Below, in pieces: positions 8,652 through 16,038 of a stretch of 64,000 bases of DNA (position 1 is its first letter; every line of letters begins with the position of its first letter). The DNA comes from Polyangiales bacterium. Its GTDB lineage: Bacteria; Myxococcota_A; Polyangia; Polyangiales; Polyangiaceae. The position numbers were made by a program, and so were the translations under genes. Below the pieces are notes generated by a model. That model was not told the origin of the DNA, made no database searches, and worked only from the letters and a program-made list of their open reading frames with translations. The stretch is taken from the NCBI GenBank assembly GCA_038231275.1, contig JBBRLQ010000010.1, positions 1-64,000 of the forward strand, read 5' to 3'.

Positions 8652-9817
8652 ACCGCTCCATGCTCGCGTACGCACTCGGAATGCTCGCGCGTCGGCGCGG
8701 CAAGACGATCGCGCTCACCGGCGGCCTGGCTCTCGCCGTGGCGTTGGTCGCCGCCGTCCTCTTCCTCGCCGACGCGCTCCGTGGTGAGGCCGAGCGCGCA
8801 CGCGCCGCGATCCCCGACGTCGTCGTGCAGCGCCTCGTCGGCGGGCGACCGGCCACCCTGAAGGTCCAGGACGGCAAGCGGCTCGAAGGGATCCCGTCGG
8901 TCGCGCGCGTCGACGCCCGCGTGTGGGGGTACCTCTTTTTGCCCACGCTGCAAGGCAACGTCACCGTCGTCGGCGTACGCGAGGGGAGCACCGCGCTGTC
9001 GACGGCGCCCTCCGGCGCGCTCTCCGCCGGAAAAGATCTCGCGCGCGGCGCCCACGAGATGGTCGCAGGCACGACGCTCGCGCGCGCGCTCGGGCTGCGT
9101 GTCGGCGACGGCCTCCAGCTCCCCTCGGCGACTCCTTCGCCGCTCCTCACCCTCGCCGGCACGTTCGATTCGAGCGTCGAGCTCTACGCCGCCGACGTGA
9201 TTCTGTGCGACGAGGAGGACGCGCGCGCGGTGCTCGGCCTCGCCGCCGACGAGGCGACCGATCTCGCGCTTACCGTGAAGAACCCCGACGAGGCGCGCGT
9301 CGTCTCGCGCACCGTCCTCGATCGCCTCCCGGGAACGCGCGTCGTCGAGAAGGAGCTGCTCGGCCGCGTCTATGCGCTCGTCTACGGCCGCCGCGCAGGG
9401 CTCGTCCTCGCCGCGTCGATCCCCGCAATTTTGGCGCTCCTCATCCTTGCGTGGGATCGCGCGAGCGGCCTCGGCCCCGAGGAGCGCCGCGAGATCGCGA
9501 TCCTGAAGGCGACCGGGTGGAGCACGCGCGACGTCCTCTCCGTGAAGATGCTCGAGGCGCTCCTCGTCGGCGCGCTCGGCACCGCGGCGGGGCTCTTCCT
9601 CGCGTACGGGTGGGTCTTCGTGATCGGCGCGCCAGGGTTGCGGCCTGCGCTCGTGGGGTGGAGCGTGCTCTATCCGGAGGCGCCGCTCACGCCGATGGTC
9701 GACGCTGCGCAGCTCCTCGCTGTGGCGCTCTCGGTGCTCGCGCCGTTCGTCGCGCTGTCGATCGTCCCCGCGTGGCGCGCGGCGGGGATCGACCCCATGG
9801 ATGCGATGCGGGGCTGA
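8648..9817 (+). CDS. FtsX/MacB/LolE-like ABC permease
   Basis: N-terminal TM, periplasmic domain, ERREIAILKATGWS, C-terminal IVPAWRAAGIDP. Confidence 0.88.
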   Translation: MNRSMLAYALGMLARRRGKTIALTGGLALAVALVAAVLFLADALRGEAERARAAIPDVVVQRLVGGRPATLKVQDGKRLEGIPSVARVDARVWGYLFLPTLQGNVTVVGVREGSTALSTAPSGALSAGKDLARGAHEMVAGTTLARALGLRVGDGLQLPSATPSPLLTLAGTFDSSVELYAADVILCDEEDARAVLGLAADEATDLALTVKNPDEARVVSRTVLDRLPGTRVVEKELLGRVYALVYGRRAGLVLAASIPAILALLILAWDRASGLGPEERREIAILKATGWSTRDVLSVKMLEALLVGALGTAAGLFLAYGWVFVIGAPGLRPALVGWSVLYPEAPLTPMVDAAQLLAVALSVLAPFVALSIVPAWRAAGIDPMDAMRG

Positions 9818-9840
9818 GGAAACCGCGGTATCGTACGAGC

Positions 9841-10284
9841 ATGGAGAAGCCGCCGCCGCCGGTCTTCACGATCGAGGGGATCAACGCGATGATCCCCCGT
9901 CTGAGCGATCTCGTCGGCAAGCAGCTCGATCGCCGTGGCATCATCGAGGCGAGGCTCAAGGATCTGGCGGGCATCACCGGCGAGGTCCCCGACGCGATCG
10001 CGCTCGCGCCCGACGACACCCCCGCCGCCGCTGATCTCAAGCGCGAGCTGATGATCCGCATCGACGAGTACCAGATCGGTTGGAAGGATCTCGAGGCGAT
10101 GGGCGCGGTGCTCAAGGACGCGCGTCAAGGCCTCCTCGATTTCTACGGCAACGTGGAGGGCAAGCTCGTGTGGCTCTGCTGGAAGTACGGCGAGGCCGAG
10201 GTGTCGCACTACCACGCGCTCGACGAGGGGTTCGCCGCGCGCAAAGAGCTCCGGACGAGCATCCGCCATCGCCTCCTCAACTAG
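9841..10284 (+). CDS. DUF2203-family protein
   Basis: FTIEGINAMIP...GLLDF...VWLCWKYGE...YHALDEGFAARK. Confidence 0.8.
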   Translation: MEKPPPPVFTIEGINAMIPRLSDLVGKQLDRRGIIEARLKDLAGITGEVPDAIALAPDDTPAAADLKRELMIRIDEYQIGWKDLEAMGAVLKDARQGLLDFYGNVEGKLVWLCWKYGEAEVSHYHALDEGFAARKELRTSIRHRLLN

Positions 10285-10287
10285 ACG

Positions 10288-10857
10288 ATGACCAAAGACC
10301 GAGCCGCCGCCGCCGCCGCGATCGACGCGTTTCTCCGCGCGATCGGCCGCGATCCGTCCCGCGAGCCCGAGCTCCGCGGCACGGGCGCGCGCGTCACGGC
10401 GGCGTTCCTCGATGAGCTGTGCCACGGCTACGACAAGGATCCCGCGGCGATCGTGGCGGCGAATCGCATCGCGACGGCGTCGACCGATCTGGTGGTCCTG
10501 AGGGGCACGCCGGTCACGACGATGTGCCCGCACCACCTCTTGCCGGCGACCGGCATCGCGACGATCGCGTTCCAGCCGCGCGGCGCGATCGTCGGGCTCG
10601 GCGCGCTCGTCGAGCTCGTCGACGCGTGCGCCCGGCGGCTGGTGTTGCAAGAGGAGATCGGCGCGCACGTGGCCGACGTGCTGCAGGCGACGCTCGACCC
10701 GGCGTGGTCGGGCTGTCGGCTCGTGCTCGAGCACGGCTGCGTCGTGCATCGCGCCGAGCGTCGTCATGGCGCGCGCATGGAGACGATGGCGCTGCGTGGC
10801 GATCCCTCCGCCGAAGCCCGCGCCACCGCAGAGCGCGCGCTGGGGCTCGGGACATGA
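10288..10857 (+). CDS. folE: GTP cyclohydrolase I (divergent)
   Basis: IGRDP.RE.L..T..RV, MCPHHLLP, ARRLVLQE and HGC motifs of the T-fold FolE family. Confidence 0.8.
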   Translation: MTKDRAAAAAAIDAFLRAIGRDPSREPELRGTGARVTAAFLDELCHGYDKDPAAIVAANRIATASTDLVVLRGTPVTTMCPHHLLPATGIATIAFQPRGAIVGLGALVELVDACARRLVLQEEIGAHVADVLQATLDPAWSGCRLVLEHGCVVHRAERRHGARMETMALRGDPSAEARATAERALGLGT

Positions 10858-11555
10858 GCACGCCGGACTTCGCGCCTCTCGCGGTCGTGACCGGCGCCGG
10901 CCGCGGAATCGGGCGCGCCATCGCGCGAGGGCTCGCGCGGCGCGGCCACGACGTCGCGCTCCTCTCGCGCACGTACGAGCAGCTCGAGGAGACCGCCGCC
11001 GAGATCGTCGCGCTGGGCCGCCGCGCGCTCGCGCTCCGCTGCGACGTCGCGAGCCCGCACGAGGTCGCCCACGCCCGCGCGCGCGTCGCCGAAGAGCTCG
11101 GCGTCCCCACGGTCGTGGTCAACAACGCCGGCGTCGTCCGCCGCGCGCTCGTCCACGAGATGAGCGACGAGGACTGGGACCAGGTCCTCGACATCAACCT
11201 CAAGGGCACGTTCCTCGTCACGCGCGCATGGCTCCCCGAGATGCTCCTCGCGAAGCGCGGCCGCATCGTCAACGTCTCGAGCATCTCCGGGACGCTCGGC
11301 ACCGCGCGCCAGTCCGCGTACTGCGCGGCGAAATGGGGCGTCATCGGCTTCACCAAATCCCTCGCCGAAGAGCTCGTGGGCACCGGCCTCGCGGCGCTCT
11401 CGGTGGTGCCCGGCTCGGTCGACACCGACATGCTGAAGGGGAGTGGATTTCCTCCTCGAATGACGCCCGAAGACGTGGCAAACGTGGTTCTGTACGCTGC
11501 GCTCGATGCCCCGAGCGCGATGAATGGCAGCGCTGTAGAAATGTTCGGGGGCTGA
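10854..11555 (+). CDS. SDR-family oxidoreductase
   Basis: TGAGRGIG, NNAG, YCAAK (YxxxK), PGSVDT. Confidence 0.92.
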   Translation: MSTPDFAPLAVVTGAGRGIGRAIARGLARRGHDVALLSRTYEQLEETAAEIVALGRRALALRCDVASPHEVAHARARVAEELGVPTVVVNNAGVVRRALVHEMSDEDWDQVLDINLKGTFLVTRAWLPEMLLAKRGRIVNVSSISGTLGTARQSAYCAAKWGVIGFTKSLAEELVGTGLAALSVVPGSVDTDMLKGSGFPPRMTPEDVANVVLYAALDAPSAMNGSAVEMFGG

Positions 11556-11566
11556 GGAGCACGGCG

Positions 11567-12226
11567 ATGAACGACGAGCAGAAGAACCTCGAAGCCGCCG
11601 TCGCCGAGATGCCGGTCTTCCCGCTCTCGCAGATTGTCCTCTTCCCGCGCGCGCTCCTCCCGCTGCACGTCTTCGAGCCTCGCTACCGCGCGCTCCTCAA
11701 GGACGCGCTCGGGACGCACAAGATCATCGCGATGGCGCTGGTCCCCGATCCGAACGACAAGGACGAGGCCGGTCAACCGCGCTTCGCTCCGGTGGCCGGC
11801 GCCGGCTTCATCGTCGAGGAGCAGCAGATGCCCGACGGCCGCTCCACCATCCTGCTCCACGGCGTCGCGCGCGTCCGCCTCGAAGAGCTGCCGTTCATCC
11901 CGCCGTATCGTCGCGCGCGCGCCACGATCCTCCACGACGCTCCCGCGATCGTCCCCGCCGCCGAGCGCACCGCCCTGCTCGCCGAGGCCACGGCGTTCGC
12001 CGGCGAGGTCGCCCGCCGCGACGATAGCTTCAGCTTCCGACTCCCGCAGAGCCTGGAGCCGGGCGCGATCGCCGATCTCTGCGCGCACCACCTCGTCATC
12101 GACGCGGCCGCGCGCCAGCGCATCTTGGAGACGCTCGACGTGAACGCGCGCGTGCGCATGGTCACCGCGGAGCTCGCCGTCCAGCACGGCAGCCTGCGCA
12201 AGATCGAGCCGAGCACGCTCCACTGA
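11567..12226 (+). CDS. LON peptidase substrate-binding (N-terminal) domain protein
   Basis: PVFPL..VLFP...LPLHVFEPRYRAL, PDGR; GGAG RBS. Confidence 0.88.
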   Translation: MNDEQKNLEAAVAEMPVFPLSQIVLFPRALLPLHVFEPRYRALLKDALGTHKIIAMALVPDPNDKDEAGQPRFAPVAGAGFIVEEQQMPDGRSTILLHGVARVRLEELPFIPPYRRARATILHDAPAIVPAAERTALLAEATAFAGEVARRDDSFSFRLPQSLEPGAIADLCAHHLVIDAAARQRILETLDVNARVRMVTAELAVQHGSLRKIEPSTLH

Positions 12227-12228
12227 CG

Positions 12229-12564
12229 ATGAAGTACGTTGGGCGCGTGAAGAAGAAGGCGCTCGACGAGACGCCCCTCGTCCACCTCGACTACCCGCCG
12301 TTCCACGTCCTCGTCGCGCGCGTCGGCCTCCGCTACTACGCGATGGAAGACGCGTGCAACCACGCCGGCGCGAGCCTCTGCGAGGGGTTCCGCGTCGACG
12401 ATCGCGTCGCGTGCCCGCTCCACGCGTACGTCTTCGATCTGAAGACCGGCAAGCTCCTCCAGCCCGAAGAGCTCTGCGACGATCAGCGGATGTTCGTTTG
12501 CGAAGAGCAAGGCGCCGACGTGGTCGTGTGGGACCCGGTGGTCCTCACGATCACGCCGCCGTGA
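12229..12564 (+). CDS. Rieske [2Fe-2S] ferredoxin
   Basis: CNH...CPLH...FDLKTG. Confidence 0.88.
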   Translation: MKYVGRVKKKALDETPLVHLDYPPFHVLVARVGLRYYAMEDACNHAGASLCEGFRVDDRVACPLHAYVFDLKTGKLLQPEELCDDQRMFVCEEQGADVVVWDPVVLTITPP

Positions 12565-12592
12565 CGCGGAGCTCGCTTGGTCAGGCGGTGAA

Positions 12593-15500
12593 TCAGTCGG
12601 TGACGTCGACCGTCGTGGTCCCCATCGTGCGGTAGTTCGTGTCGATGTAGTCGACGACCTCCATGAACCACGAGTCCATCTTGGGTCCGTCGGCTTGCGG
12701 CGACTCGTTCCAGAAGGTCCCGCGGATGCACTCCGGCGCGCCGCTCGTCCCGATGCGGCAGCGCCCGTCGACGTATACGACGATGAACTTCGGCATGCGC
12801 GTCGCGTACGATTTTTCGGCCGCGTTCATGAAGTTGTTGGTGATGATCGCGACGGCCTCGAGGTCGCGCGGATCTTGCCCGTACCCGTGGAGGACGTACA
12901 AAACGGGGTATTTCACGTCGCGGACGCGGTTGTCCTCGTTCGCGTAGCCGGGCGGTAGCGTGATCGCGATGGGGCCGGTGCGGTGGGTGCCCGGTCCCGT
13001 GAAGACCTTCTCGCAGCGCCCGGTCTTCTCGCACTCGAGGCCTAGCTCGTTCTTGGTCGTCGTTTGATCGTTGTCGCGCGCGAGGAGCGACTGCGAGCGA
13101 TCGGCGTCGCCCCAGCTCTTGGCGACGAAATAGAACGAGGTCTGGAGACGATCGAGGAGCTGGTCGGCGGTGCCGACGTGTTGCCCGTCGCCGTTGGTGA
13201 TCATCGCCGCCGTCGCGTCGACGGTGCCGTAGCGCACATTCGGGAAGTCGGGGATGTCCGCCCAGAGCAAGTTCGCGCCGACGTAGTTCTGCGGCTTGCC
13301 GGGCTGCTGTCCCGGGAGGTAGTCGAAGCCGTTGTAGAACGCCGTGGTGCGGAGCTGCGTGCCGTCGGCCTTGCGCCGCCCGGCGAGCGCGCCGTTGAGG
13401 TGGTTCGAGGCGACCGAGAAGTTCATCAGATCGCGGACGCCGCCGTCGGTCCACACGTCGAAGCGCATGAGCGCGTCGTCGGTGAGCGCTCCGCCAGGAA
13501 TGGCCGTATTCCACTGATGGACCATGCCGTGCGCGTCGTTCGCCTGGAAGCCGTCGAGCCCCTTCGATTGCGTGTACTTTCCATCCGATTCGCCGAAGTC
13601 GCCGGCGATGTGGAGGCCTGCGGTGCCCGCCACGCCGTCGAGGCCGAAGTCCTTGTACGGCTCGGTGTCGTCGTGGCGATGGTTGCCCTCGGTGCCGTTC
13701 GGGTTCACCTGGTAGTCGTAGTCGTCCTGGTTCGGATCGGGGTTGGTGACCGCGTCGTAGCCGGGCTCTTGCGCGTCGAAGAGGCCGTCGTCGCCGGTGT
13801 CGTCGTACGGCTCGTGGCCCTGGCTGATGACCGGCTCGGTCTCGTCGCGGAGGCCGTTGCCGTTCACGTCGACCGCGAGGCCGATCATCACCGGCGCGCC
13901 GGACGCCGCGGTTGGCTGCTGCCAGTGGTTCTCGTAGGGGCTCAGCCTCTTCTTCTTGTCGGGATCGTCGGTCGTCCCGTCGACGGCGCCGTCGCAGAAG
14001 CTGATGACCGGGTATTTGCCGTCGGGATTGTACTTCGCGTCGTAGTACCCGCTCGGCGCGACGTAGCCGTTCTTCAGGCGCCCGTTCGCATCGAGCGCGC
14101 AGCGGAACGCGTAGCACTGGTCCTGCCACTTCTTCTGCTGCTGCTCACCCGGATCGTTCGAGATCGGATCGACCGTGATCTTGCAATCGACGCCGGGCGG
14201 CATTCCCGTCGTGTCGCCGACGACCCACGGGTCCGTCGCCTTCGGCCCGTTCGGGAAGAACCAGAGCTTCGGGTCGGGGTTTTGCCCGGCCGCGCTGCCC
14301 ATCATGATCGACAGATCCTGGAAGATCTGGAGGTATTCGCTGCGCGGGAAGTGGCCGCCGTTGCCGTTGCCTTCCTGGTACCAAAAATTGTTGAAGTCCA
14401 TCGTGTGCGTGAGCGGGCCGTCGATCGGGTAGTCGCTCGGCGCGATCTTCGCGCACGTGGGGTTCGACGCCGGGCAGAAGCCGGCGAGGGCGTAGTTCTC
14501 GATGTACCAGAGGAGCCACGTCCAATCGGCGGGGCCGCCCATCGGCGCGATCGCGTCGAACTGATCGTGATGACGGAGGCCGAAGACCGACGCGCCCATG
14601 GCTCCCATCGAGAAGCCGACGACGGCGCGGTGCGTGAGCTTGCGTGAGCGGTGGCGCGTGCCGGCGTCGGGGGCGACGGCGGCCTGGTAGGTGCCGAACC
14701 ACGGCGACGCGAACTTGAGCGCGTAGCCGTCGCCGACCTTCTCGATGCGCGGGTTCGCGATCGTGATGGGGCGCGGCGCCTTCGCGCGCGGGCTCGTGAA
14801 GAGGACTTGGAGGTGACGCATGCGCGCGGCCGACGGAAACGTCGCCGGGTTGACTGGGATCGCGAAATCGATCTCGCGGTGAAGCGACTGGTTCAGCGAG
14901 AGGGGCGCTTGCGGCGTGAACGACACGGCCGGCCCGAGCGCGAGCGGCTTGCCCGGCGCGGCCGCCGTGAGATCGTCGGCGCACGCGAGCGCCGCGTTGA
15001 ACGACGGCAGGACGCGCGTGGCGGCGTTGTCCTTGTTGACGTCGCCTGGCGCGAAGGCCATCGCCGGGACCGAGAGGGAGGCGCTGGCCAGCGTGCCTTT
15101 GCCCTGGAGGACCGCGGGGGGCGCGGCGGTCTTGCCGTCGCTCACCGCGAACATCACCCCCTGCGCGCTCTCTCCCTTCGTGCACGTCGGCGCAGCGCCG
15201 TCGCGGACGTCGACGTCGAGCGACGCGGTGACCGGCGGATCCGTGGACGGCTTGAGCTGCCCGCCGACCTGGTCATCCGCGAGCGGCAGCGTCGCCAGGA
15301 TCGACGTCGTACCAATGGCGCCGCCGGTCAGCGTGAACGAGTAGGTCGCGTGGCGATAGTCGAGCTTCGCCGGAGGCGGTGGCTGCACGACCGACGCGCC
15401 CGCGCCGTCCACCGCAAAGGTTGCGGTCGGCGTGTTGCAGATGTCGGGGTCGACCGTCATCGTCACGGTCCGCGTCTGCCCTGGCGCGAGGACGACGTGC

Positions 15501-15670
15501 GGCGGATCGAAACGCATCGCACGCGCCGTGGGATTCGTCGTGTCGCAGACCTCTCCAGGCAGCAGAATCGGGCCGGTCGGGGTCGGCGGCGGGTTCGACG
15601 TCGTGGACGCGCAGTCGAAGAGGATGATCGCGGCAAGGAGACCGAGGGGGCGTTTCACGCGGCGGAGCAT
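12593..15670 (-). CDS. Large lipoprotein with an esterase (alpha/beta-hydrolase) domain and Ca-binding-like repeats
   Basis: Signal peptide ending in Cys (ILFDC); GFSMG nucleophile elbow; LPPGY and YPVLYVLHG; DVNGNG/DxGxDG repeats. Confidence 0.75.
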   Translation of the reverse strand: MLRRVKRPLGLLAAIILFDCASTTSNPPPTPTGPILLPGEVCDTTNPTARAMRFDPPHVVLAPGQTRTVTMTVDPDICNTPTATFAVDGAGASVVQPPPPAKLDYRHATYSFTLTGGAIGTTSILATLPLADDQVGGQLKPSTDPPVTASLDVDVRDGAAPTCTKGESAQGVMFAVSDGKTAAPPAVLQGKGTLASASLSVPAMAFAPGDVNKDNAATRVLPSFNAALACADDLTAAAPGKPLALGPAVSFTPQAPLSLNQSLHREIDFAIPVNPATFPSAARMRHLQVLFTSPRAKAPRPITIANPRIEKVGDGYALKFASPWFGTYQAAVAPDAGTRHRSRKLTHRAVVGFSMGAMGASVFGLRHHDQFDAIAPMGGPADWTWLLWYIENYALAGFCPASNPTCAKIAPSDYPIDGPLTHTMDFNNFWYQEGNGNGGHFPRSEYLQIFQDLSIMMGSAAGQNPDPKLWFFPNGPKATDPWVVGDTTGMPPGVDCKITVDPISNDPGEQQQKKWQDQCYAFRCALDANGRLKNGYVAPSGYYDAKYNPDGKYPVISFCDGAVDGTTDDPDKKKRLSPYENHWQQPTAASGAPVMIGLAVDVNGNGLRDETEPVISQGHEPYDDTGDDGLFDAQEPGYDAVTNPDPNQDDYDYQVNPNGTEGNHRHDDTEPYKDFGLDGVAGTAGLHIAGDFGESDGKYTQSKGLDGFQANDAHGMVHQWNTAIPGGALTDDALMRFDVWTDGGVRDLMNFSVASNHLNGALAGRRKADGTQLRTTAFYNGFDYLPGQQPGKPQNYVGANLLWADIPDFPNVRYGTVDATAAMITNGDGQHVGTADQLLDRLQTSFYFVAKSWGDADRSQSLLARDNDQTTTKNELGLECEKTGRCEKVFTGPGTHRTGPIAITLPPGYANEDNRVRDVKYPVLYVLHGYGQDPRDLEAVAIITNNFMNAAEKSYATRMPKFIVVYVDGRCRIGTSGAPECIRGTFWNESPQADGPKMDSWFMEVVDYIDTNYRTMGTTTVDVTD

Positions 15671-15814
15671 AGTCCGGCGACCGCCGTTCTCAGGCATCGC
15701 CGCTCGTTGGAACGAGCGCGCGGCGCAAATGAGACGCGGGGGCTCGACCTCTGTCTCGTGTAGGACGCTGCCGCACCGGGCACGCCCACGCGCGGGTTAG
15801 CGCTTCACACGGAC

Positions 15815-15871
15815 AAAAGAAAAGTGCCCACGCAAAGGGGCCGGGGGGGCAGCCTCACTTCACGCAGGCAC
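15815..15871 (-). ncRNA. Candidate sigma54-dependent small RNA (single hairpin, C-rich loop, U-tract), or a terminating leader
   Basis: - strand GTGCCTGCGTGAAG-TGAGGCTG-CCCCCC-CGGCCC-CTTTGCGTGGGCAC-TTTTCTTTT; the G-U pairs work only on the - strand; the 5' end sits at the predicted sigma54 +1. Confidence 0.6.
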
Positions 15872-15880
15872 TGGCCCTTT

Positions 15881-15896
15881 AGCATTACGTATGCCA
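15881..15896 (-). promoter_or_regulatory. Sigma54 -24/-12 promoter
   Basis: TGGCATACGTAATGCT on -; GG and GC at the canonical 12-bp spacing. Confidence 0.7.
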
Positions 15897-15958
15897 GGCC
15901 CTCTTCGTCATGGTTTCGCGTAGTTCAGATGCGATTCGGCGCCCTTGTCGTGCAAGTT

Positions 15959-15974
15959 TGAAATGTCCATTTCA
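15959..15974. promoter_or_regulatory. Palindrome, candidate enhancer-binding-protein site
   Basis: TGAAATG-TC-CATTTCA, about 90-100 bp upstream of the predicted sigma54 start. Confidence 0.5.
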
Positions 15975-16038
15975 GGAACGGGCGCGGCCCGGTTGGTAAA
16001 GTGGCCCCAGGCCCTCCCGAGACCCCCCGCGACTTCGC

